From: Deltaproteobacteria bacterium
GTDB taxonomy: Bacteria; Desulfobacterota; Desulfarculia; JACQYL01
DNA length: 64,000 nucleotides
Direction: 5' to 3'
Assembly: GCA_016208165.1 (NCBI GenBank)
Contig: JACQYL010000001.1
Span: forward strand, 8,099 to 72,098
Position 1 is the stretch's first letter. Every line of letters begins with the position of its first letter. This document shows positions 19,254-29,271 of this stretch, piece after piece. Position numbers and translations under genes: made by a program. The notes under the pieces were generated by a model. It was not told where the DNA came from and searched no databases. It saw nothing but the letters and a program-made list of their open reading frames with translations.

Positions 19254-19814
19254 ATGCGCAGGCACTTTCGAATCAGAGGGGTTATTGCGGTTTCCATATT
19301 CTTGGGATTATTCGGACTGAGTCTGGTTGCCTGTCAGCCGGACATAGTGAGAACGGTCGAAGAGACTCCTTCGGATCACCCCCACCGGTTGCCGGACACG
19401 AAAGTCGTTGGAGACCATCACGTGTCGTTTCTTGTGGACCACAGGCGAGGAGAAATCGAGATCTTCGTCACAGACGCCCAAGAAAGGCCGGTTCCGTTGG
19501 AAGAGCCTTTCCTCAGGGGTGTTATAGTGACTCCGGCCGGGGCATCGAGAGAGATCCGTCTCGAGCCGGCTCAATACAGGCGACGACGGCTCGTTGTAGG
19601 TCGAGCCTCGTTGAGGAGACCTGACGATCGCACCAATCCGCGCATCCGTTCCGAGTATGTACCCTATACGGCCGTTTTCTGTTACCAGGCCGAGTGGTTG
19701 ATGAAGGAACATGACTATACAATACAAGTGGAGGTTCCCATCAACAACGTCATGCACAAGGCGAGCTTTGACTTCAGCGCCTCCGAGGAAGAAGACCCAC
19801 ATCATCGCCACTGA
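19254..19814 (+). CDS. hypothetical lipoprotein
   Basis: Signal peptide with lipobox (LSLVAC). His-rich ends and no recognisable domain. Confidence 0.5.
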   Translation: MRRHFRIRGVIAVSIFLGLFGLSLVACQPDIVRTVEETPSDHPHRLPDTKVVGDHHVSFLVDHRRGEIEIFVTDAQERPVPLEEPFLRGVIVTPAGASREIRLEPAQYRRRRLVVGRASLRRPDDRTNPRIRSEYVPYTAVFCYQAEWLMKEHDYTIQVEVPINNVMHKASFDFSASEEEDPHHRH

Positions 19815-20216
19815 GAGAGCAGAGGCTTTGGCCCGACACCGTCCAAAAGGAAGGTGACTTGTGTTTATTCGGGGCATGGTCTTCGAAACCGTTTCTGTTT
19901 TTGGTCGTTCCGGCGTAAGAGGGTCTGCCGGAATTCGTGATCCCGTCCAAGCCCCGTAAAGCAGGGCGCAAACCGGAATCCAGCTCATTGTGGCACGCGT
20001 CTCCATGCCTCTGCCAAGAGTTCGGCAAGGTGGCGAGATCGGGGCGATGGTGAGAAGTTACATGGCTCCGGCTCGGCTTGACCTTGCCGGAAGGAATTGG
20101 GTGGAACCTGAATCCGTGAAGCGAGCACCATCAGTTTGTCGAAGATAAGTATGTAACCAGTTGATAATTGATGCAATTTAGGCAATAGTGTTCTCTGTTT
20201 TGAGTTCACCCAACAG

Positions 20217-21555
20217 GTGGAGGCTATGCAGAAAATCACCATCGAAAGATCCGAAAGTGAGTGTTACACCGCGCATTCGGGTTTGTCCTTGGCGGGACTT
20301 TTGGTCAACCACCACACCGAGTTGTGTCGGAAGTTGGATTTGGCCGTGCCCCGGACGCCGAGCGTGTCTCATTCGGATGTGATGAAGAGCTATCTGGGAC
20401 TGCTTTGCGTCGGCAAGAGCGATTTCGAGGCCGTGGCCGGGATGCGCGGCGCAGCGACTGGTTCAGGGCGGCGCTGGGTATCCGGAAGGCGCCGTCGACA
20501 GAGACCTTGCGCCAGCGTTTTGACAAGAATGCGGGGGTGCTTACGGATATCGTCAACGCGAGCGTCATCGAGATGCTCCAAGGAGTGAAAGCGCCTGTGA
20601 CGGCGGGAGCCATGGGACACGCGCCGCTGGATATCGACGTGTTTCCCATGGACAACTCGGATACCAAGAAAGACGGAGTGTCCCGAACGTACAAAGGCTT
20701 TGACGGGTACGCACCCATAGCGGCATACCTTGGCGAGGAGGGTTGGTGCATAGGCCTCGATCTGCGCTAAGGCGGCCAAAACAGCCAGAATGGGTTTGTT
20801 CCTTTTCTGGATAGGGTGGTTCAACGGGCGCGGCAGTTGACGGAAAAAACGCTTTTGGTGCGCCTCGACGCGGCCCACTGCGCGTTGGAGACCTTGGTGA
20901 CGCTCCGGCAACACGGGAACGTCTCCTTTGTGATTAAGTGGAATCCCCGCAAGGAGGACCCGCCGGCCTGGCGTGACCGGCTGTTCGCCGAAGGCAAGGT
21001 GACCCAACCCAGGCCGGGCAAAAAGGTGGCCGTGATGACGGTGCATGAGACGCGTGAAGTCGAAGGGAAAGAGAAGCGATTCATGCGCGTGATGCGGGTG
21101 ACCGAACGCACCATGGATCGGGACGGCCAAATGCTGCTGGCGCCGCAGGTTAGGCTGGAAGGATGGTGAACCACAACCTGGTTCTGCCCGAGGAACGGAT
21201 CATCCGGTTGTACGGGGGGCATGGGACGAGCGAGCAGTTTCACAGCGAAATCAAGGCCGATCTCGATATGGAGCGGCTGCCGCCCGGCAAGTTCGCTACT
21301 AATGGCTTGGTGCTGACCTGTGCGGGCATGGTCCATAATATGGTGCGTATTATCGGTCAGTTCGGGCTTCTCGGCGACACCTCGCCGGTGTGCCACCCGG
21401 CCAAACGCCGCCGCATTCGTACGGTGATTCAGGAACTCATGACAGTCGCGGGCCGACTCATCCGGACAGGACGTGGCTTGATCTCGCGCCTCGGTCCCCA
21501 CTGTCCGGCCTATGAAGCGTTTACGGATGTGCATATGCGGCTGCCTCCGGGATAA
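20217..21555 (+). mobile_element. IS1380-family transposase gene relic (frameshifted, with in-frame stop)
   Basis: Four successive ORF fragments in frames 0, 2, 2 and 1 (20217, 20261, 20816, 21163) together span about 446 codons and carry IS1380-type motifs (DNSDTKKDGVSRTYKGFDGYAPI; LLVRLDAAH; LYGGHGTSEQFHSEIKADLDMERLPPGKFATNGLVL). There is a nonsense codon at 20768-20770 and shifts near 20260 and 21165. No clear terminal inverted repeats found. Confidence 0.7.
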
Positions 21556-22007
21556 CAAGGGTCCTGATTACCCGTTTTGAAACCGGATGTGAAGATTGAA
21601 AGGATAGTTATGTCCTGAACGCCCTAAAAATCGTTTTTTTGCCGTAACCGGCAGTTGAAAGCACAACAGGGGACTCAGTGCTTTATGGAGTTCCCATCGG
21701 ACCTTGGCAAATATCCGAAAGAATGCTCCCAAAACTGTGCAAAGAACCGTTAACAAAATCAGTTCACTGATTCAGGGAGGTCGCTAAAAAAGCAACACGT
21801 TTCTTGATATTTGAGATGGGGGCCTTTTCTCATGGGTCACGACGGAAAGAAAATCGGCTCTTGCCGGGTGACATGTTCTTTATGGTGATTAATATTAACT
21901 ATCAATAGTTTTGTGAGCGTTTGAAGAGCATTGGTGAGAATCCGGAATGGTGAGCGACGGGAAACTGTAACAAACGAGGTTAACCACGGACAAAGAAGGA
22001 GGTTGCG

Positions 22008-22427
22008 ATGAAAAAGGCTGTTTTAGTATCCGCATTGGTGTTGTGTTCCATGTTGATGTCCTATCCGGCGTTCGCCGGCCAGTGGGAAGGAACGATTCAG
22101 GGGCTCATGTGCACCCTCGAGAAGAAGCCCTGCCCGGTAGGATTTGAGGACGCCTTGACAGCCATGGAACCGAACTTCGTCCTCGTGACGTCGGACGGAA
22201 GTTGGTACATGTTGCCGAATATGGATCGGGCGGTATTGGCTCGCCGTATCAACCAAGATGTCATGGTGGTGGGGGAGAAGAATCCGGAGTACAACTCGAT
22301 TAAAGTGGACGAGCTGAAAGCGAAAGCCGACGGATCTTGGACAACCGTCTGGTCTACCGAGATGGAAAAGGAGCTCAGGAAGATGTTCAAGTGGGGTCTC
22401 GGTGGTTCTCCCGCCCATCCCAAATGA
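22008..22427 (+). CDS. secreted protein, paralog A of a two-member family (conserved MC...C-P motif)
   Basis: Signal peptide MKKAVLVSALVLCSMLMSYPAFAGQ. Strong RBS (gaaggaggttgcgATG). Shares AGQ.EGT....MC......CP...ED...A.......V.TD.G.Y..L.N..R..LAR.......GE....YN.I..D.L.A...G.W...W.T.ME with the ORF at 31293..31727 on the opposite strand. Confidence 0.7.
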   Translation: MKKAVLVSALVLCSMLMSYPAFAGQWEGTIQGLMCTLEKKPCPVGFEDALTAMEPNFVLVTSDGSWYMLPNMDRAVLARRINQDVMVVGEKNPEYNSIKVDELKAKADGSWTTVWSTEMEKELRKMFKWGLGGSPAHPK

Positions 22428-22603
22428 AATGTCCTCAAACCATCAGGTGCTTACTTTCGCAGCTGGTGTCGACCGGAAGCAGGCGGGAAACCGGGAACGG
22501 TTTCCCGCCTGACTTTTTGGGTGGCCGGTCGGCCTCGGGAATGAATGCGGAACCCCGGTGAGCATCGGGGTATCCGGAGAGATGATTGGTATATATGCGA
22601 TGA

Positions 22604-24508
22604 GTGCTTATTGTGGCGAATAGTCTCCAACAACGTTTGATGTTTTTCGTGCTGATTCCGATTGCGTTTCTGCTGTTTCTGATAGGAAGCATCGGCTTTC
22701 TGTACGCGCGAAACACCATGCTTTCAGAATGGCGGGAAGCCGCCGTTTTGAAGCTTCAACGGGGCGCTCACCAGATGGATATGAGGTTGAGCCGGCCTCT
22801 GGAATGGATACGGATGTTCCAGCAGTCCGGCGAGCTGCTCCAGACATCGATTCAGGATTGGCTCATTTCCCGGCTGCAACAACTCGGGGGAGTGGAAAGC
22901 GCCCATATCGAATGGTTCCCTGAGTACGGGGGCGCAGGTGGTACTTCAGGGGATCACATGGGTGCGGGAACGGGCAAGGACATGAATACGGACATGAAGC
23001 CGTTTCAGGAGGGTGGAGTTGCCCGAATAACCCCGCCAAAATTGGATTCCACCACCGGTAAGAAAACGGTGACCATCGAGTCGAACTTACTGGATAGGGA
23101 CAACCGGACCGTGGGTCAGCTTCAAGTGATCATCAGCTTCGAGTATCTGCTGGAGGGTGTGCTCTCTTCGAGTTGGACCGAAGGAGACAAGGCCTGCCTG
23201 GTCGACGAAAATGGCGCTTATCTGGCTCATACGGCCGCCATCGACGCGGGCCGGCGTCGTCTGGGCGGCGCCGGCGATTCCTTGGAATTAGCCATTTTGG
23301 AGGCCCTGAAAGACCGGCCGTTCGGGACGGTACTAGGCCGTGGACATCCTCCCGGCGAGGTGGCAGGGTTCTGCAGGCTGCAAAATGCCCCATGGACCAT
23401 CGTCGTATTTGCTCCAGGGGATAAAATTCTTGGGCCCATCGTACGATTTCGTACCTATTTCTTCGGCTTCGGAATTATTTGTATCGGCATCGTGCTGATG
23501 CTCATAAGACTGACAACCGCGGGAACGGTCCGCTCGATCCAGGAGATCTCCGCTTCCGCAAAGCAGGTCGCCTCGGGAGACTACGGAAGAACGCTTTCCG
23601 TCAGAAGTCGAGACGAGGTGGGGCAACTGACCAGGAGCTTTAACACCATGATCGCGGAGTTGAGGCAAAAGGAACGGATTCGCAATATGTTCGGACGCTA
23701 CGTGGACAAGGAGGTGGCCGAGGAACTGCTTCGGGGGCCGGAATCGACCCGGCTGGGAGGAGAAAAGCGCGAGGTGGTGATCCTGATGTCCGATTTGCGG
23801 GGGTTCACGCCACTGTGTGAGGCCATGAGTCCGGAAATTGTAATCGGGGTCCTGAATCGCTATTTTTCATATATTATCGGAATCATCCATCGATACAAAG
23901 GTATTATCATCGATTTTGTTGGGGATGCCGTCCTCGTCTTTTTCGACCCGATAACCTCGACCGTCGACGAGAAGGCCAAGGATGCGGTGCAATGCGGTCT
24001 TGAAATGCAGTCCGCCATGGAACGGGTCAACGACGAAAATCAGGGGCTCGGAATACCCCGGTTGAGCATGGGGATCGGGATCCACTCCGGCGAGGTGATC
24101 GTGGGAAACATAGGGTCCCAGTCCAGAGCCAAGTACGGCATTGTGGGCGCGCCCGTGAACCTCACGCAACGGATCCAGTCCGTTGCGGAAGGGGGGGAAG
24201 TGGTGGTCTCCGAATCGGTTCGCCGGCGAACCGGGGAAGCTTTCCGGGTTCTCCGTAGCTTCAAGACCCGGCTCAAAGGAGTGCACGATCAAGTAACCCT
24301 ACACGTTGTCGATGGATCGGTAGAAGTGGGCCATTCACGAGACGGTGGGGAACATCCCGTTCAACATGATCACAGGCCTCCGGAGAGAGACGGACAAAAG
24401 AAATCCTCTGTCCTCGAAGGGGGGAAGGATCAAGAACGGTTTCAGCAGGCGGATCGAAGGGATCCTGTTCCTTCTCCCCGTCGAGGACAGGGAGAAGGAA
24501 CAGGATGA
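22604..24508 (+). CDS. membrane-bound class III adenylate/guanylate cyclase with periplasmic sensor region and HAMP domain
   Basis: TM helix, an approx 250-aa extracytoplasmic region, a second TM, then HAMP (VASGDYGRTLSVRSRDEVGQLTRSFNTMIAEL) and a CYC domain (VVILMSDLRGFTPL...IDFVGDAVLVFF...GIGIHSGEVIVGNIG). The last approx 70 codons are low complexity; the true stop may be earlier. Confidence 0.85.
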   Translation: MLIVANSLQQRLMFFVLIPIAFLLFLIGSIGFLYARNTMLSEWREAAVLKLQRGAHQMDMRLSRPLEWIRMFQQSGELLQTSIQDWLISRLQQLGGVESAHIEWFPEYGGAGGTSGDHMGAGTGKDMNTDMKPFQEGGVARITPPKLDSTTGKKTVTIESNLLDRDNRTVGQLQVIISFEYLLEGVLSSSWTEGDKACLVDENGAYLAHTAAIDAGRRRLGGAGDSLELAILEALKDRPFGTVLGRGHPPGEVAGFCRLQNAPWTIVVFAPGDKILGPIVRFRTYFFGFGIICIGIVLMLIRLTTAGTVRSIQEISASAKQVASGDYGRTLSVRSRDEVGQLTRSFNTMIAELRQKERIRNMFGRYVDKEVAEELLRGPESTRLGGEKREVVILMSDLRGFTPLCEAMSPEIVIGVLNRYFSYIIGIIHRYKGIIIDFVGDAVLVFFDPITSTVDEKAKDAVQCGLEMQSAMERVNDENQGLGIPRLSMGIGIHSGEVIVGNIGSQSRAKYGIVGAPVNLTQRIQSVAEGGEVVVSESVRRRTGEAFRVLRSFKTRLKGVHDQVTLHVVDGSVEVGHSRDGGEHPVQHDHRPPERDGQKKSSVLEGGKDQERFQQADRRDPVPSPRRGQGEGTG

Positions 24509-24644
24509 GGGAGTATATACGGACGAACTCCGCAGATGGGTAACTTCTCGACGTGCTTCCAGCACAAGCCGCTTCAGTGTATCGCGGCTGACTCACTAAG
24601 ATGCTTCCAACCTTCCGGTTCTTTGCTCGGACTACCTACGACGC

Positions 24645-25082
24645 TTATCGTGCCTGGTGCATACAGGTGTTTTCACCTTGAAAGACAACCGCGTCATTCT
24701 GGTTCTTAAGAGCAAATCCCCACGTGGTGAAGACTCTTCCCTTGTCCTTGTCTTCCTTCTTGTTCAGGATCTCGATTTCCAGCCCGATCCGGTCGTTTGG
24801 GAAGACCGGGCCTCGCACCTTGAGGTTGTTCGTGCCCACATGCACGTGATCTTTCAATAGATCCCCCGCCAATCCGAAGACGATCGTGAACAGAAACGGA
24901 CCAGGCACCAATCTTCCTTTGAAACCCAGAGCCTGGGCAGCCTCATCGATCAAGAAGGGATCCAGTCTCAGGTCGCCGATCGTGCAAAACATGTCCAATT
25001 CGGTTCCGGTGATGGTTCTTGATCCGCAGTCAAACTTGTCCCCAACATTTCCTTCCGCCAGTGTTCCTGTTGCCATCAGCAT
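24645..25082 (-). CDS. MaoC-like (R)-specific enoyl-CoA hydratase / hotdog-fold dehydratase
   Basis: 145 aa with a hotdog-fold pattern (GDLRLDPFLIDEAAQ...VHVGTNNLKVRGPVFPND). Confidence 0.75.
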   Translation of the reverse strand: MLMATGTLAEGNVGDKFDCGSRTITGTELDMFCTIGDLRLDPFLIDEAAQALGFKGRLVPGPFLFTIVFGLAGDLLKDHVHVGTNNLKVRGPVFPNDRIGLEIEILNKKEDKDKGRVFTTWGFALKNQNDAVVFQGENTCMHQAR

Positions 25083-25741
25083 TCTCCTCTAAATTGATAA
25101 ATAATCGCGGCCATTCATACGATGATTTTTCCACAGATTCAGAGTTCTGTCCAGTTCTTGACGCCCGGTTCACCGGCAGAAGTTTCCGGGTGTCAGTGCT
25201 TAAATGTTAAAAACCGATTCCGCCATGGTAATTCGTTAGAAAACCCGTGAGGGGACCCGATACAAGGCGATCTGATTTCCCACTTTTTCGGTGCATTCGT
25301 CGCTTCCCCGGAACCGAGCGATCACCTGTGCTGTTTGGCGCCCTCTATTCCGGCGGTTGCCGGCCGCCTTCTTCAATCAGGACGCCTGAGAACTTGAGCT
25401 TGACATAAGCATAGTATTAAAAATAGGGTGTGGAAAGTGGCAAAAACGACATTGAACCTCAAGATAGCGTCAAATCGGCACTGCATCATTCACGTGCGAA
25501 CACAGCAGCGGCGCGTTCGGGATCATCAGAAAGGCTTCCGACACCTATCTTTCATGTACATTTTGACTTCCATATCAAACCGAAACGACGCCGAGAGGTT
25601 GTGTGTGATCGTTCACCAATGAGATCATTTTAGGCTCCTTATATGCTTATTGCAAAACCGAGCTTTTTGTAATTCGATAAATGAGTGTAGCATGCTAAAT
25701 GGAACGGTTGTTGGCTATTAGCAATGCTTCAGCCATGATGG

Positions 25742-26725
25742 ATGGATGATATGAAGGTGACCATATTAGCTCTCTACAATACGACTGGAACCAGCGTAAT
25801 GGGTCCCATGGATGTTTTCTTTCATGCCGGCAAACTCTGGAATCACATTAACGGCTTAAAGCCGACACCGTATTTTGATGTTGAAATCGCCGGTATGGAC
25901 GGAAAACCGGTTAAGTGCATCAATAACGTTTTGATTCAACCCCACTGCTCGATTGACGATGTACAAGAAACCGATCTCATTATGATCGCCTGTATCGCCA
26001 ATTTTGGAAAAACAATAGAATATAACGCTAAGGCATTGGAATGGCTTAAGTATCACTATCGGAGGGGAGCAGATATCGCCAGTGTTTGCACGGGGGGATT
26101 TTTTCTGGCCGCAACCGGACTCTTGGACGGAAAAACGGCAACGACCCACTGGGGCTTTGTAAACCTCTTCAGAGAGATGTTTCCGAAGGTCCATCTGAAA
26201 CCGGAACGGCTGATTACGGATGAGGGCAATTTGTACTGCTCGGGAGCATTGTACTCCGGCGTCGATCTTTCCGTTTACCTTGTGCAAAAATACTGCGGCC
26301 ATGAGGTGGCTGTTCAATGCGCCAAAACCCTGATCCACGACATGGACCGAAACTCCCAGGTTCCGTATGCTGTTTTGGAATTTCAGAAGAAGCATAGGGA
26401 CGAAAAGATAAAGAGGGTTCAGCAGTGGATAGAAACTAATTTTACGGAAAGGGTCGATTTTGACGAAGTGGCCAGAGAGAACGGAATGAGCCGGCGCACG
26501 TTCGAACGCCGATTCAAATGTGCAACCGGCGATACGCCGTTATTATATTTGCAGCGAACAAGAGTGGAAACCGCGAGAAGACTGTTGGAGGAACACTTCC
26601 TGACGTTTGACGAAATCTGTCATCACCTGGGTTATGAAAACAGCAACTCCTTTAGAGAAGTGTTTAGAAAGCACACCGGACTTTTACCAATGGAATATCA
26701 GAAAAAGTTCCGTATCATCCCGTAG
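25742..26725 (+). CDS. AraC-family transcriptional regulator with N-terminal DJ-1/PfpI (GATase1-like) domain (GlxA-like)
   Basis: The N-terminal half has the DJ-1 fold with the nucleophile elbow (SVCTGGFFLAATGLL). The C-terminal AraC HTH pair ends ...EICHHLGYENSNSFREVFRKHTGLLPMEY. Confidence 0.85.
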   Translation: MDDMKVTILALYNTTGTSVMGPMDVFFHAGKLWNHINGLKPTPYFDVEIAGMDGKPVKCINNVLIQPHCSIDDVQETDLIMIACIANFGKTIEYNAKALEWLKYHYRRGADIASVCTGGFFLAATGLLDGKTATTHWGFVNLFREMFPKVHLKPERLITDEGNLYCSGALYSGVDLSVYLVQKYCGHEVAVQCAKTLIHDMDRNSQVPYAVLEFQKKHRDEKIKRVQQWIETNFTERVDFDEVARENGMSRRTFERRFKCATGDTPLLYLQRTRVETARRLLEEHFLTFDEICHHLGYENSNSFREVFRKHTGLLPMEYQKKFRIIP

Positions 26726-26798
26726 CCGGCGATCGATTTTGGAATCGCGGCTCGTCCATAGTCCAAGACTTCCGTTTTATGTTTTCACGGATTCGGCT

Positions 26799-28076
26799 CT
26801 ACCTTTCTCTGGAGATCGTTTCCCGGAGGAAAAAAGTCGAAATCACGGAAACGACCGCGCAGCCAAAGAGCACCAGAAAGGCCAGCCGGTATCCCTCCAC
26901 GCTGAACGACCCGTTCGGTTGTACGTGCAGTTGTAGAATATATCCCAACAGCGGCTGAAAGACGGCTCCCCCGGCAAAAGGAAACAGGTTTATCAGGCCG
27001 GTGGATGTTCCCGCCATGTACACGGGAAACAGTTCCTTGGCGGTGGTGAAGCCAATCACAACGATGGCGCTCGAAAAGATGCCGAGTCCGAGGACAAGCA
27101 GGTATAGAGCGGGCACGGGCAGGTGTTGGGTATAGAAGGCCAGGAGGGCCGTGATCCCTAAAAGGATCAGACTCGAGAGCATGATCACCGGCTTTCGTCC
27201 CCGGAACACCCGGTCCGAAAGAAAACTCAAGAGAGGGCTGCCTATGACCATGCCCACCGCGATCATAGAGAGAATGCGGCTCGCCTCACCTTTGGTCAGT
27301 CCGTAAACCTGCATGAAAAAAGGGCCGCCCCAGAGTCCGCCGAAACTGAAAAAGATGCCGAGAGTGAAGAAAAACCATACGCCCAGGAACCAAAAGTAGC
27401 GGTACGTGAGTACTTTCTTGACTCCCTGCAAGAGGCCGGTGGCGCCGCCGGAAGGCGCCCTGGATTCATGAAGCGCGGGCCAACCGAAATCGCCGGGCCT
27501 GTCGCGTACGTACAACCAGACCAATATTGCCAGCAACAGCGTGAAAGCTCCTACCGCCATGAAGGAGGATCTCCATCCGATCCAGGAGCTTAGGGCCGCC
27601 AGCGGGGCTGCGGCGCTGAGAGAGCCCACTCCTCCCATGGCCATGAGAATACCGGTCATGGTGGCGAACTCGCGAGGTCGAAACCATTCGGCCAGAATCT
27701 TCATGGTGGGAACGAACAACATCGAGACCCCGATCCCCACCAGTGTCCGACCGACTATGGCCCAGAAGACCGATGGCGCCAGAGCGAGCAGCACGGATCC
27801 GCCAAACGCCAGACAGAAAAACAACGTTATCGTGCGGCGGGGACCCCAGGAATCGGAGAGCAAGCCGGCGGGAAGTTGCATGAGGGCGTACGGATAGAAA
27901 TACGCCGCACCCAGAAACCCGATCAGAGCACCGCCGGTTTTCAGATCTTTCATCATGTCCAGGGCCAAGACGGCCGGACACAGGCGATGGAAGTACACCA
28001 TGATGTAAGCAAAGGCCAGAATCCAGAAAATGAACCACCGATAGCGCAACGCCTTGGACATGGAATCCGGGGTCAT
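26799..28076 (-). CDS. MFS transporter
   Basis: 425 aa with 12 predicted TM helices and an MFS signature loop (GRTLVGIGVS). The antisense ORFs are rejected. Confidence 0.85.
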   Translation of the reverse strand: MTPDSMSKALRYRWFIFWILAFAYIMVYFHRLCPAVLALDMMKDLKTGGALIGFLGAAYFYPYALMQLPAGLLSDSWGPRRTITLFFCLAFGGSVLLALAPSVFWAIVGRTLVGIGVSMLFVPTMKILAEWFRPREFATMTGILMAMGGVGSLSAAAPLAALSSWIGWRSSFMAVGAFTLLLAILVWLYVRDRPGDFGWPALHESRAPSGGATGLLQGVKKVLTYRYFWFLGVWFFFTLGIFFSFGGLWGGPFFMQVYGLTKGEASRILSMIAVGMVIGSPLLSFLSDRVFRGRKPVIMLSSLILLGITALLAFYTQHLPVPALYLLVLGLGIFSSAIVVIGFTTAKELFPVYMAGTSTGLINLFPFAGGAVFQPLLGYILQLHVQPNGSFSVEGYRLAFLVLFGCAVVSVISTFFLRETISRER

Positions 28077-28160
28077 GCGGCGCTCCTTGATCAGAGAGGA
28101 AAAACAGACGGACTAGATTGCCGTGTGCCTGAAACCGTTCTAGGAAATACGCATCCGATC

Positions 28161-28667
28161 TCATTCCAGATGGGCGATGAGATGAGTGAGTTCAGGTAAT
28201 ATGATTTTCTCCATAGCGAGCCTGCATGCCTTGCTGCTGCCGGGGATACAGAACACGGCTTTGTTATTCGTCACTCCCGCAGTGGCCCTCGACAGAATGG
28301 CGGCAGGCCCGATTTCCTCATAGCTCAATTGAGTGAACAGGGAACCGAAGGCAGTCAATTCCTTGTCCAACAGGGGGTGGAGCGCTTCGACAGTGACGTC
28401 GGTAGGAGTAATTCCCGTGCCGCCCGTCACAACAATCGCGCGGGCCGCCGTACCGAGCAGTCGTCCGAAGGCATTCCGGATGAGGGTCACGTCATCCTTC
28501 ACCATTTCCCGACCGGTTACGCGGTGTCCTCGATCCTCGAGCAGATCCCGAATCAGATCTCCGCTCTTGTCCTGTTCCAGGTTTCTCGAGGTGGACACGC
28601 TGAGAATGGCTACGGCCACACTGGAGGGGGCGTGCTCACGATGGGGATGGTCCGATGGCAGGATCAA
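28161..28667 (-). CDS. moaB: molybdenum cofactor biosynthesis protein B (MogA/MoaB family)
   Basis: ...AIVVTGGTGITPTDVTVEA... is the GGTG motif of the MoaB/MogA fold. Confidence 0.8.
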   Translation of the reverse strand: MILPSDHPHREHAPSSVAVAILSVSTSRNLEQDKSGDLIRDLLEDRGHRVTGREMVKDDVTLIRNAFGRLLGTAARAIVVTGGTGITPTDVTVEALHPLLDKELTAFGSLFTQLSYEEIGPAAILSRATAGVTNNKAVFCIPGSSKACRLAMEKIILPELTHLIAHLE

Positions 28668-28671
28668 AACC

Positions 28672-29118
28672 CTACTGCTCCTTCTTTTTGGCGACTACGC
28701 GCACGTCCGTGATGCGGGTGAACGGATATTGGCCGTTTTCGTCTTTTTCCAGATACTTCACCATGTCCCAAATGGTGTTCAGCGCCGCGCTTACACCCAC
28801 CAATGCTTCCATTTCCACGCCGGTGCGGGCCCGGGCTTTGACCCCGCAACGGACCCGCACATGTGAAGGCTCGATTTCGAACGTCAGTTCCACGGATTCC
28901 ACCGGAAGGGGGTGGCAGTGGGGGATGACGAGATGCGTCTGTTTGACGGCAAGCATGCCCGATGCTTCGGCAAAACAAAACGGGTGACCCTTTTTGATTT
29001 CGTTCCGAAGGATACGATCGAGCGTCTCCGGCCGGAGTATCAATAGTCCCTCGGCCACGGCTTCTCTCAGTATGACGTCCTTCGAGGACACATCCACCAT
29101 GCCCATATTCGAGTCCAT
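28672..29118 (-). CDS. moaC: cyclic pyranopterin monophosphate synthase MoaC
   Basis: MGMVDVSSKDV.LREA...KKG.P...A..AGMLAVK.T..LIP.CHP match MoaC conserved segments. Lies 4 bp from moaB. Confidence 0.85.
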   Translation of the reverse strand: MDSNMGMVDVSSKDVILREAVAEGLLILRPETLDRILRNEIKKGHPFCFAEASGMLAVKQTHLVIPHCHPLPVESVELTFEIEPSHVRVRCGVKARARTGVEMEALVGVSAALNTIWDMVKYLEKDENGQYPFTRITDVRVVAKKKEQ

Positions 29119-29271
29119 CCCGGAAAAGGTTGCGCGTGTTTTGCGGCCTAATCGCCGGTGAAGCGCCGTATGTACAGCGCATACCGGTTCTTTTCCAAAC
29201 AGCGGGTGTTCAGATCGCCCGGACTAAGCCCCGAACACGCCTGAAGACACCGCTCCCCGTCCTACCCGGAC

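Noticed and set aside
20150-21640. terminal inverted repeats of the IS1380 relic
   Set aside because: Compared ~80 bp at each end by eye and found no complementary termini. The element is called as a transposase relic only.
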